From: an uncultured Pseudomonadota bacterium
GTDB taxonomy: Bacteria > Myxococcota_A > UBA796 > CAJQPC01
Assembly: GCA_913060515.1 (NCBI GenBank)
Contig: CAJXRZ010000022.1
Location: 10,442-74,441, forward strand
DNA: 64,000 bases
Direction: 5' to 3'
Positions 54,222 to 62,143 of the stretch are shown here, piece after piece; the first letter of the stretch is position 1, and every line of letters starts with the position of its first letter. The translations under genes were made by a program, and so were the position numbers. A model generated the notes under the pieces. That model was not told the DNA's origin. It made no database searches and worked only from the letters and a program-made list of their open reading frames with translations.

Positions 54222-54249
54222 ACAGCTCAATCAGCCTGGGATTACCAAC

Positions 54250-55590
54250 GTGTTTCGACGCATTCTCATCGCCAACCGAGGCGAGGTCGCCACCCGGGTT
54301 CTACGAACCTGCAAGCGCATGGGCATTGAGGTGGTCGCCGTGACCTCTCAGGCTGACGCGGAGCTGGGCTGGCTCAAAGAGGCCGACCAGGTGGTCTGCA
54401 TCGGTCCAGCCAAGTCTGCTGGCAGCTACTTGAGCCAGGAAAATCTCCTGGAAGCGGCCAAGCAGACAGGCGCCACGGCCATTCACCCAGGCTGGGGCTT
54501 CTTGGCAGAGAATGCTGATTTTGCGGCACGTTGTGAGGCGGCTGGGATCACCTTCATCGGTCCTGGGCCGAGGGTCATGCGCTCCATGGGCGACAAGATC
54601 CAGGCTCGGGACACGATGAGTGCTCTGGGAATGCCGCTCATCCCTGGCTCGCCAGGGGAGGTACGGGATCTGAAGGAAGCCAGCGAGGAGGCGGAGCGCA
54701 TCGGATATCCGGTGCTGCTCAAGGCCACCGCGGGCGGCGGAGGGCGCGGCATGCGCCGCGTCTTTGGCCCCGAGGGTCTCAAGGAGGGCTTTGAGAGCGC
54801 CAGCAACGAGAGCATGGCGGCCTTTGGCAACGGCGCCCTCTACATGGAGAAGCTCATCGTCGCCGGCAGGCACATCGAGTTTCAAGTGGTGGTCGACCGC
54901 TACGGAAACGCGGTCCACCTGGGGGAGCGCGAGTGCTCCATCCAGCGCCGCCACCAGAAGTTGATCGAAGAGAGCCCCAGCCCAGCGCTGACGGCTGCTC
55001 AACGAGAAGAAGTGGGCGCGCTGGTGGCCGGAATCGCTGCCAAGGCGGGCTACCGCAATGCGGGCACCATCGAGATGCTGCGCGATGCCACCAGCGGTGA
55101 GCTCTACTTCATGGAGATGAACACCCGCCTGCAGGTGGAGCACACCATCTCGGAGGAGGTCACGGGCATTGACCTGGTGGAGCTTCAGCTCAAGATCGCT
55201 GCGAACCACGCCATCGACCCCACGCCCCCACAGATGAGCGGACACGCCATCGAGGCGCGCATCAACGCGGAGGATGTAGAGCAGGACTTCCGCCCTTGCC
55301 CTGGCACCATCACCCGCCTGGTCTGGCCAGAGGGGGAGGGGATCCGGGTGGACTCCCACCTGCACCAAGGCGACGAGATCAGCCCCCACTACGACTCGAT
55401 GATCGCCAAGATCATCGCCCACGGAAGTGACCGGGCTCAGGCCATCGCGCGCCTGAAGCAAGCCCTCACGGACCTCGTTGTGGAGGGGGTGAAAACGACC
55501 ACGCCGCTGCATCTGAGGGTCCTGGACAACGAAGCGTTCCTCTCCGGCGACTACGACACCACCACCCTGACCCGCATGCTGGAGGCCTGA
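54250..55590 (+). CDS. accC: Biotin carboxylase subunit
   Basis: 446 aa. Blocks ILIANRGEVATRV, GGGGRGMR and EMNTRLQVEHT. GTG start. Confidence 0.9.
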   Translation: MFRRILIANRGEVATRVLRTCKRMGIEVVAVTSQADAELGWLKEADQVVCIGPAKSAGSYLSQENLLEAAKQTGATAIHPGWGFLAENADFAARCEAAGITFIGPGPRVMRSMGDKIQARDTMSALGMPLIPGSPGEVRDLKEASEEAERIGYPVLLKATAGGGGRGMRRVFGPEGLKEGFESASNESMAAFGNGALYMEKLIVAGRHIEFQVVVDRYGNAVHLGERECSIQRRHQKLIEESPSPALTAAQREEVGALVAGIAAKAGYRNAGTIEMLRDATSGELYFMEMNTRLQVEHTISEEVTGIDLVELQLKIAANHAIDPTPPQMSGHAIEARINAEDVEQDFRPCPGTITRLVWPEGEGIRVDSHLHQGDEISPHYDSMIAKIIAHGSDRAQAIARLKQALTDLVVEGVKTTTPLHLRVLDNEAFLSGDYDTTTLTRMLEA

Positions 55591-55593
55591 GCC

Positions 55594-57324
55594 ATGGCCC
55601 GCACCCCACTGGATCGCTTGGGCAGTCCCATCGATGAGCTGATGGACGCCGCCACCCGCAGCGCCAACGCAGACAAGATGGCCGCGCTGGATGCCTCCCT
55701 GGAGGAGAAGCTGGAGCAGGTTCGCGCCGGCTGGGGCCAGAAATACCTGGACCGGGTGCATGCCAAGGGCAAGCTGAGCACCTGGGAGCGGGCCGAGCTG
55801 CTGGCAGACCCAGGCTCCGAGATCTTCCCCATTGGCTCGCTGGTCAACCACGGCGTGCAGTTCTCGGGAAGCCGTCGTGCGGCGCCTGGTGCTGGCGTGC
55901 TGACGGCTTTTGTGCAGGTGCACGGACGCTGGGTCATCGCCGTGGCCAACGACAACACCGTCGCCAGCGGCAGCTGGTGGCCCAAGACCCCTGAGAAGAT
56001 TCAGCGGGCACAAGAAGTGGCCTTGAAGCTGCGCTTGCCGGTGGTCTACTTGGTTGACTGCAGCGGGCTCTTCCTGCCAGAGCAGGCCGCCAGCTTCCCA
56101 GGTCGAAGCGGCGCGGGCCACATCTTCAAGAAGAACGCCGAGCTCTCGGCAAACGGCGTGCCTCAGATCGCTGGGGTCTTCGGGGACTGCATCGCGGGCG
56201 GTGGCTACATGCCGCTGATCTCGGACCGGGTGTATATGACCGAGTCCGCCTACATGGTCATCGCAGGTGCAGCGCTCATTCAGGGCGCCAAGAGCTTGAA
56301 GTTGACCTCGCTGGACATCGGCGGTCCCGAGGTGCACGTGGGCCGTTCTGGCTGCGCGGACGTTCGGGTGCCTGATGATGCAAGCTGCATTCGACTCATC
56401 AGAGAAGAGGTCGAGCGCCTACCCTCCAGCGCCGCGGACTTCTACCGGCATGGGGCGGAGGCGATGGATCCAGCCCTGGACCCTGGCGAGCTCTCGGCCA
56501 TCTTCCCGGTGGATCACCGCCAGACCTATGCCCCACGCGAGGTCATCGCGCGCCTGGTCGACGGCTCGCTCTTTCACGAGGTGATGGCGGACCGGGGACG
56601 GGAAGTCATCGTTGGGGTGGCGCGCATTCAGGGACTCTGGGTCGGCTTGTTGATGAACAACCCTCAGCTCACTGAGCACCCGGACAAGCCGGGTGAGATG
56701 CGCGCTGGGGGCATTCTGTACCGCGATGGCATCGCCAAGCTCTCTGCCTTCTCGCGGGCCTGCAACGACGACGGCATTCCGATGTTCTGGCTGCAGGACA
56801 TCGCTGGTTTTGACATCGGCGCCGAGGCCGAGGCCATGGGCTTGCTCGGCTACGGAAGCTCGCTGATCTATGGGATCTCCACCCATCAGACGCCGATGTT
56901 CACCGTGCTGATGCGAAAGGCGAGCGGCGCTGGCTACTACGCCATGGCCGGTCACCCCTACGAGCCCGTGTTGCAGCTCTCCACGCCCATTACTCGCCAA
57001 GCAGTGATGGAGGGACGTACCCTGGCCATCGCGGCCTACAACACCAAGCTGGACGACAACTTCGAGATCGCGACCGAGGATCCTGAAGAGCGCGCTCAGA
57101 TCGAAGCGGGCATGGCTCAGACGGCCGCGCGCATCGAGGCGGACATGGACCCGGTGGCCAGCGCCAGCCGCATGGACACGGACGAGGTCATCCCCCTGGA
57201 CGCCTTGCGGCGTTGGCTCGAGGTGCTGACCTTGGCCAGCTACCAGAGCATCGGCCACCGCCGAATCAAGAACCCACGCATCTGGTCGCTCCATGACCTG
57301 GAGGCATTGCTGCGATGCCGTTGA
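55594..57324 (+). CDS. Acyl-CoA carboxylase carboxyltransferase subunit (MccB/PccB-like)
   Basis: 576 aa. Blocks [42 protein letters not shown] and [11 protein letters not shown]. Two CT lobes. Substrate not assignable. Confidence 0.8.
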   Translation: MARTPLDRLGSPIDELMDAATRSANADKMAALDASLEEKLEQVRAGWGQKYLDRVHAKGKLSTWERAELLADPGSEIFPIGSLVNHGVQFSGSRRAAPGAGVLTAFVQVHGRWVIAVANDNTVASGSWWPKTPEKIQRAQEVALKLRLPVVYLVDCSGLFLPEQAASFPGRSGAGHIFKKNAELSANGVPQIAGVFGDCIAGGGYMPLISDRVYMTESAYMVIAGAALIQGAKSLKLTSLDIGGPEVHVGRSGCADVRVPDDASCIRLIREEVERLPSSAADFYRHGAEAMDPALDPGELSAIFPVDHRQTYAPREVIARLVDGSLFHEVMADRGREVIVGVARIQGLWVGLLMNNPQLTEHPDKPGEMRAGGILYRDGIAKLSAFSRACNDDGIPMFWLQDIAGFDIGAEAEAMGLLGYGSSLIYGISTHQTPMFTVLMRKASGAGYYAMAGHPYEPVLQLSTPITRQAVMEGRTLAIAAYNTKLDDNFEIATEDPEERAQIEAGMAQTAARIEADMDPVASASRMDTDEVIPLDALRRWLEVLTLASYQSIGHRRIKNPRIWSLHDLEALLRCR

Positions 57325-57857
57325 ACGCCCCCCAGAGTCCTTCGATTGACCCCGAGCGTCTGCTCTCTCCCGCTGTAGGGAGCTGGTGGCCCGCGCTCGC
57401 TGGCGGCGCCCTTGTCCAGCCTGGTGTGCTCTTGGGCCACATCGACCGCTTGGGCACCCGCCTTGCCGTTCATGCTGGCCAGGCCACTGGGCAGGTTCGC
57501 GAGCTGCGCCCGGTCGGTCCGGTCCAATACGGCGAGGTCTTGATCTCCCTGGGCGCTCTGGCTGAAGGGGTCGCCAGCGCAGGCGCCACAGATGCCGTGA
57601 CCAAGAGCACGGAGGGTCTTGTGGCCATCACCGCCCCGATGGCTGGAACGGTGTATCTGGCGCCTTCCCCCGGAGAGCCGCCCTTCGCAGCCAAGGACAG
57701 CCGCGTGGAGCGCTTGGGACGGGTAGCCCTGCTCGAGGTCATGAAGACCTTCACGCCCATCTCTTCCACAGTCTCTGGCACGCTGGAGCGCTTCGCCTGT
57801 GTGGATGGGGATGCGGTCAGCGCAGGGGATCCCGTCGCGTGGATTCGTCCTGACTGA
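57315..57857 (+). CDS. Biotin carboxyl carrier protein with an additional N-terminal lysine-less biotinyl-like domain
   Basis: 180 aa. The C-terminal domain [10 protein letters not shown]...[12 protein letters not shown]...GDPVAWIRP carries the biotinyl-Lys motif. The N-terminal [10 protein letters not shown]...[14 protein letters not shown]...GEVLISL has the same pattern but no Lys. 10-nt overlap with the CT gene. Confidence 0.7.
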   Translation: MPLNAPQSPSIDPERLLSPAVGSWWPALAGGALVQPGVLLGHIDRLGTRLAVHAGQATGQVRELRPVGPVQYGEVLISLGALAEGVASAGATDAVTKSTEGLVAITAPMAGTVYLAPSPGEPPFAAKDSRVERLGRVALLEVMKTFTPISSTVSGTLERFACVDGDAVSAGDPVAWIRPD

Positions 57858-57863
57858 TATCCT

Positions 57864-58874
57864 GTGTCCATGAAGAACCTCAGCTCTCTCCTGCTCGGTC
57901 TGACCCTCATGGGTGGGGCTGCCATCAGCTCTGGCGTTGCACACGCGGAGTGCGAGGCCGCCTACACCTCCGATGCGATGCTCGGAGACATCCAGGTGAT
58001 GGCCACCTCGCTGCAGGCCAAGGACGCCGCCACCCTCAAGAGCCGCGGTGAGGTCCTGCAGGCCGGCTTGGTCTGCCTGCGCGAGCCAATGCCCCCAGCG
58101 CTCTACGCCACCGTGTACCGGATGCTGGGTGTGGCGGCCTTTGAGAACGGTGATCCCAAGCTGGCCGATCAGTGGTTTCACACGGCCCTGGAGTTGGACC
58201 CGACCCACGAGTGGGACATTGCAGATGTGCCGCCCGGGACACCGCTGTTCCAGGCCTACGCGGCCGCTGGCCGAGTGAGCACAGCGTCCACGCCGATCGA
58301 AGGCATGGTCCTCAACGCCCCAGCAGGTTCAAAGCTGCTCATCGACGGTCGCCCACTGGAAGAGGCTGCCGCCACTCCGGGGCGCTTCCACTTGATTCAG
58401 CAGGTGAGCACCAGCAACGGCGCAGTGCGCGCCAGTTGGTTGGTGATGGGCAACGAGCTTCCTGCGCAGCTGCTCATGGAGCAGAGCTTGTCCCGGAACG
58501 AGGTCAAGGAACAGGAAGAGGAAGCGGACAACGGCAAGAGGCGCCGCAAAGACGATGAGGTCTTGGCTGGCGGCTACACCGAGAGCGAGGTGACCTCGGT
58601 TGCCCGTGAGCGCCCTCGGGCGAAGATCCCACTCTTGGCTGCTGGAGGCGTGGGTCTTCTGGCGGCGGGCGGAATCTATGCCGCTTCCTTTGCGACCGAG
58701 GGTCAGTTCAACGAGGCCACGACGACAGAGGACTTGTTGGCTGCACAGCAGCTCACCAACACCCTGGTGATCGCCAGCGGCGGCGCCCTTCTGATGGGCG
58801 CTGGCGTAGGCGTCTGGGGTGTGGTGATCGACGACGGCGGGACCCCTGGTCTGTGGGCCCTGCCGCCGGAGTGA
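57864..58874 (+). CDS. Secreted/membrane protein (TPR-like N-part, charged linker, C-terminal Gly/Ala-rich TM pair), unknown function
   Basis: 336 aa with signal MKNLSSLLLGLTLMGGAAISSGVAHA|E. C-terminal hydrophobic segments are IPLLAAGGVGLLAAGGIYAA and LVIASGGALLMGAGVGVWGVVI. Confidence 0.5.
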   Translation: MSMKNLSSLLLGLTLMGGAAISSGVAHAECEAAYTSDAMLGDIQVMATSLQAKDAATLKSRGEVLQAGLVCLREPMPPALYATVYRMLGVAAFENGDPKLADQWFHTALELDPTHEWDIADVPPGTPLFQAYAAAGRVSTASTPIEGMVLNAPAGSKLLIDGRPLEEAAATPGRFHLIQQVSTSNGAVRASWLVMGNELPAQLLMEQSLSRNEVKEQEEEADNGKRRRKDDEVLAGGYTESEVTSVARERPRAKIPLLAAGGVGLLAAGGIYAASFATEGQFNEATTTEDLLAAQQLTNTLVIASGGALLMGAGVGVWGVVIDDGGTPGLWALPPE

Positions 58875-58894
58875 TGAAGCTTGGTCCCCCGAAC

Positions 58895-59476
58895 TCAGCT
58901 CTGAGGGCGCTCCCAGAGGTACTCAGGCTCACCCAATTCTTGCGCAGCCCAGCGGCCGAGCACGAAGAGGAAGTCTGAGAGGCGGTTGACGTAGCGCATC
59001 GGGCCTGTGCCGATCTCGCCGTCCTCTTCCATCAAGGTCAGGATTCGCCGTTCCGCCCGGCGGCAGACCGTTCGCGCCTGGTGCATGAATGCGCCGACTG
59101 GACCGCCGCCCGGGAGAATGAACTCGGTGAGGGGGCCCACGTCGGCATTCAGCTTGTCGATCCACTGCTCGAGGCGCTCGATGTCGGAGTCGCCGATCCG
59201 GTACATTCCTTCCCAGCGGGAATCGGCGGGGGTAGCCAAGTCGCTCCCCAGGTTGAAAAGATCGTTCTGGATCTTGTGAAGCATTGTGTCGATCTCGGCT
59301 GCGCGTTCTCCCTCACCAGATTTGTTGAAGGTTCTGGCCAGCCCCAGGATCGCATTTAGTTCATCTGTTGTGCCGTAGGCTTCGATGCGGACGTGGTTCT
59401 TGGGGACCCGCTTGCCCCCGACCAAGCTGGTTTGTCCTTTGTCTCCACCGCGGGTGTAGACCTTGGTGATGCGCAT
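58895..59476 (-). CDS. ATP:cob(I)alamin adenosyltransferase, PduO-type
   Basis: Start ATG 59476 (AGGA 8 nt upstream) gives MRITKVYTRGGDKGQTSL, the family-defining opening. 193 aa. The track ORF over-extends. Confidence 0.85.
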   Translation of the reverse strand: MRITKVYTRGGDKGQTSLVGGKRVPKNHVRIEAYGTTDELNAILGLARTFNKSGEGERAAEIDTMLHKIQNDLFNLGSDLATPADSRWEGMYRIGDSDIERLEQWIDKLNADVGPLTEFILPGGGPVGAFMHQARTVCRRAERRILTLMEEDGEIGTGPMRYVNRLSDFLFVLGRWAAQELGEPEYLWERPQS

Positions 59477-59526
59477 GTCGTTCATCCTGAGTTGTGTTGC
59501 TCGGTTAGGGTACGTCCCCCACAGAG

Positions 59527-60357
59527 GTGCGCGTGCTGTTGAACATCCAAGGACTGAGAAGCTCCGACGGACTGACCTTGTCGATCCTTTGCCAGGACGT
59601 TGTCCGTCAACCACTGGTCGAGATCGCTCCAGTGACGGTCTGTGACCTTCTACAGTTGGCCGTTACCGACGGTCTCCCGGTGCAACTTCGTCAGGATCTG
59701 GAGCGCTTTGCGCCTCAGATGATCCGCGAAATTGGCGACCTGCCTGACACCCTGTTTCCGAGCTTCATGAAGGAGCTGGAGAAGCTGCCCGCGGAGCACG
59801 TGCCTGCCGCGGTGCGCCAGGCCGTCTCTGCTCGCGCCGAGACTGGAAAGTCCGTTCCCAAAATCAAGGCCGCCTGGGATGAGCTCTTGCCATTCTGGGT
59901 CGGATCCGAGATCGAGACGATCGATCTTGGGGCCTCCTCCAGTCAGGTGAAGGTCAAGGAATTTGATGTTCCTGACTCTCACAAGGCTCCAGACGAGCGC
60001 AAGCACAAGCCCCGTGCACGCAAGAAGGCTGCAGCCACTGGAGATGCCAGCACGGACGCTCCAGGCGCCAAGCCTGCCCCGCGTGCTGCGGCCCGTGACT
60101 CCTACACCGCTCGTATGCGCAACCCGCAGCGTCCTGAACGGGACCCTGCACGCGCCAGTTGGCTGCGTAAGGCGCTCTTGGAGCGCTTGGGCAACGCCAG
60201 CGGCGGCATCAAGCAGGCTCTGCTTGTCGCCGGCATGCTGCGTCGCAGCGAGTGGGCCGACATGGCTCCGGACGAGGTCGTCTCGGCTCTGCGTAGCCTG
60301 GACAAGGAAGGCCGCGTCAAGCTGAGCGCCGGTCGTTGGTCCAAGCTGGGCCGCTGA
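59527..60357 (+). CDS. Hypothetical protein with basic Ala/Pro/Lys-rich centre and winged-helix-like C-terminus
   Basis: 276 aa. Start is uncertain (GTG 59527 or ATG 59719). The C-terminal part is WLRKALLERLGNASGGIKQALLVAGML...ALRSLDKEGRVKL. Confidence 0.4.
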   Translation: MRVLLNIQGLRSSDGLTLSILCQDVVRQPLVEIAPVTVCDLLQLAVTDGLPVQLRQDLERFAPQMIREIGDLPDTLFPSFMKELEKLPAEHVPAAVRQAVSARAETGKSVPKIKAAWDELLPFWVGSEIETIDLGASSSQVKVKEFDVPDSHKAPDERKHKPRARKKAAATGDASTDAPGAKPAPRAAARDSYTARMRNPQRPERDPARASWLRKALLERLGNASGGIKQALLVAGMLRRSEWADMAPDEVVSALRSLDKEGRVKLSAGRWSKLGR

Positions 60358-60403
60358 GCTGCTTTTCGGGGCAGGCCTAAGGGCTACCCCCTTCTGCAAC
60401 AGC

Positions 60404-60441
60404 AAACAGCGCCATCGCCCTTCAGGGTGGTGGCGCTGTTT
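60404..60441 (+). terminator. Terminator-like hairpin after the 59527..60357 gene
   Basis: 11-bp perfect stem AAACAGCGCCA / TGGCGCTGTTT with a 16-nt loop; the T-rich GTTTGCGTTTG follows. Confidence 0.45.
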
Positions 60442-60468
60442 GCGTTTGAGATGCACGCGGTACTAGCC

Positions 60469-60505
60469 AAAACAAAGAAGCTGGCGGACCAGGTCCGCCA
60501 GCTTC
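60469..60505 (-). terminator. Rho-independent terminator for the AgmX/PglI-like gene
   Basis: On the minus strand: GAAGCTGGCGGA-(CCTGG loop)-TCCGCCAGCTTC followed by TTTGTTTT. Confidence 0.7.
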
Positions 60506-60598
60506 AGGGCCACACTGCTGTTGTGTTCAAGAATTGTCCGAAGCAGACCCCATGCCGACCTGGTCAGTCCTTGAACGGCGGCCCTCGCACGCCAGGGC

Positions 60599-62005
60599 TC
60601 ATCCCGGCGCGAAGAGGAAGGGGTAGGAGACGATGACGATGCCCTCGCCCTTGGGGGCTGGGAACTTCAGCTTCATCATGGTCTTGTTCAGGCAGCCCTC
60701 GACCGCGCTGTTGGAGACCGAGCTGACCTTGGTCTTCGCCGCGCTGACCTGACCATCCTTGGCGATGGTGAACTTGACGGTCACCTTGCCGCCCAGGTTG
60801 GGGTTCTTGGTCAGCTCACGCTGGTAGCAGTAGCGAAACTTGCTCAGGTTGCGCTTGATGACCGCGTCCACCTGGCTGCGGTCCAGGGAGCCCAAGATGA
60901 TGGTCTCCTTCTGGGTCGGCAGCGACATGGTGGCCTTGGTGCCAAGGCCTTGGCCTTCGTAGTCGCGCAGTCCGTTGCCGGTTCCGCGTACGCCGGTGCC
61001 CATGTTCACGCTGCCAATCTCACCGCCTCCGCCGGGTCCTCCGCCAAAGTTGGAGAAGCCGCCCACGCCGATCTGCACGCCCTTGGGGCCACTGTTGGAG
61101 CCAAGGGCTTGGCCCAGTCCGGCGTCCAAGCCGCCGCCCATCATCGCCGCGATGCCGCTGTCCTGCATGGCGCCCAGCAAGCCGCTGTTGCTGGCGATGT
61201 CCCGGTCACGCTCACGCCCCTGGATGGGGTTGCCCTTGGCGTTCTTTATGCGCGCTTCCTTGCGGCCAACGCGTCCGGCTTCGCCTTCGTGCTTGGCGCC
61301 TTCCTTGTCGGCGGCCGGGGTGGACTTGATCTGGGTCTTGGGCTCCTCTGGCGGGTTCAAGAAGATCTGAGCCACCGCGTCACTGACCTCGACGGTGGAG
61401 ACGTTCTGGGTAGCTGGCGCGTTCCAGGCCAGCACACCGAGCATGGCAGCCATGAAGGCCGAGAAGGCCGTCACGCCGATGAAGGGCACATCCAACTTCT
61501 GCTTGGCCACGACCTTTCGGGCGGCGCTGACCTGACGAACCACCAGGGTGAACTCGCCGGCGATGGCGATGAGCTGGGTGCCTTCGCTCAGCTCGACCTC
61601 GATGCTGTCTCCCAGGTCGATGACGCCTTCCGAGAGATTGTGGGTCCAGCTTGGGTCCAGGTGTACCCGCACGCTGCCGTGGTCGCTGGAGATGAGCGGC
61701 TGGTCCTCTTCCACCTTGGGGAGAGGGTGTTGCAGGTCGCCCACGGTGAAGGAGGCATCTTCTGCGTTGAGGTGATGCAGCTCCATCAAGGTCGGGCCCC
61801 AGCACAAGGCCAGCTCCACCCGCTGTCCCTTGGAAGCATCTTCTCCCAAGGTGCCGCGGCCTGCGCCGCTGCTGGTGAGCAAGCCCATGGGGTCGGATGC
61901 ACCCATCAGCTCGTTTTGAAATTCGGAGACAGAGCTCCCCTGCACGCTGGGATCAAGCGTCTTCACATCACACCTCTTGGGTCGCGTTCGGTGGCCTCGG
62001 GTCAT
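60599..62005 (-). CDS. AgmX/PglI-type protein: N-terminal beta-rich module, one TM, Gly-rich linker, TonB-C-like C-terminal domain
   Basis: 468 aa with TM VPFIGVTAFSAFMAAMLGVLAW. The C-terminal LDRSQVDAVIKRNLSKFRYCYQRELTKNPNLGGKVTVKFTIAKDGQV...GCLNKTMMKLKFPAPKGEGIVIVSYPFLF matches the AgmX/PglI C-terminal pattern as I recall it. Start is uncertain. Confidence 0.7.
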   Translation of the reverse strand: MTRGHRTRPKRCDVKTLDPSVQGSSVSEFQNELMGASDPMGLLTSSGAGRGTLGEDASKGQRVELALCWGPTLMELHHLNAEDASFTVGDLQHPLPKVEEDQPLISSDHGSVRVHLDPSWTHNLSEGVIDLGDSIEVELSEGTQLIAIAGEFTLVVRQVSAARKVVAKQKLDVPFIGVTAFSAFMAAMLGVLAWNAPATQNVSTVEVSDAVAQIFLNPPEEPKTQIKSTPAADKEGAKHEGEAGRVGRKEARIKNAKGNPIQGRERDRDIASNSGLLGAMQDSGIAAMMGGGLDAGLGQALGSNSGPKGVQIGVGGFSNFGGGPGGGGEIGSVNMGTGVRGTGNGLRDYEGQGLGTKATMSLPTQKETIILGSLDRSQVDAVIKRNLSKFRYCYQRELTKNPNLGGKVTVKFTIAKDGQVSAAKTKVSSVSNSAVEGCLNKTMMKLKFPAPKGEGIVIVSYPFLFAPG

Positions 62006-62050
62006 GCCCCTTGGCTCTGATGACTACGACCACGGCGCGACGAAGCGGTT

Positions 62051-62069
62051 CGTCAAGAGTGGCTTGACG
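62051..62069. promoter_or_regulatory. Perfect 7-bp inverted repeat CGTCAAG-N5-CTTGACG upstream of the AgmX/PglI-like gene
   Basis: Read directly. It lies 46-64 nt upstream of ATG 62005 and ~75 nt downstream of the preceding gene's stop. Each arm contains a TTGACG hexamer. Confidence 0.25.
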
Positions 62070-62143
62070 CGCTGTCAGGGATGCTTTGCAAACTTCAGGG
62101 AACCCCAGTGCTTTGGGGTGGTCGAAGCCGCGAGAACGGCCGC

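Noticed and set aside
60427-60636. A 69-aa ORF in the 241-bp gap between convergent genes.
   Set aside because: It runs through two terminator hairpins (60404..60441 and 60469..60505) and into the end of the AgmX/PglI-like gene. It has a GTG start without an SD and an Arg/Gly/Pro-rich tail, consistent with a spurious ORF.
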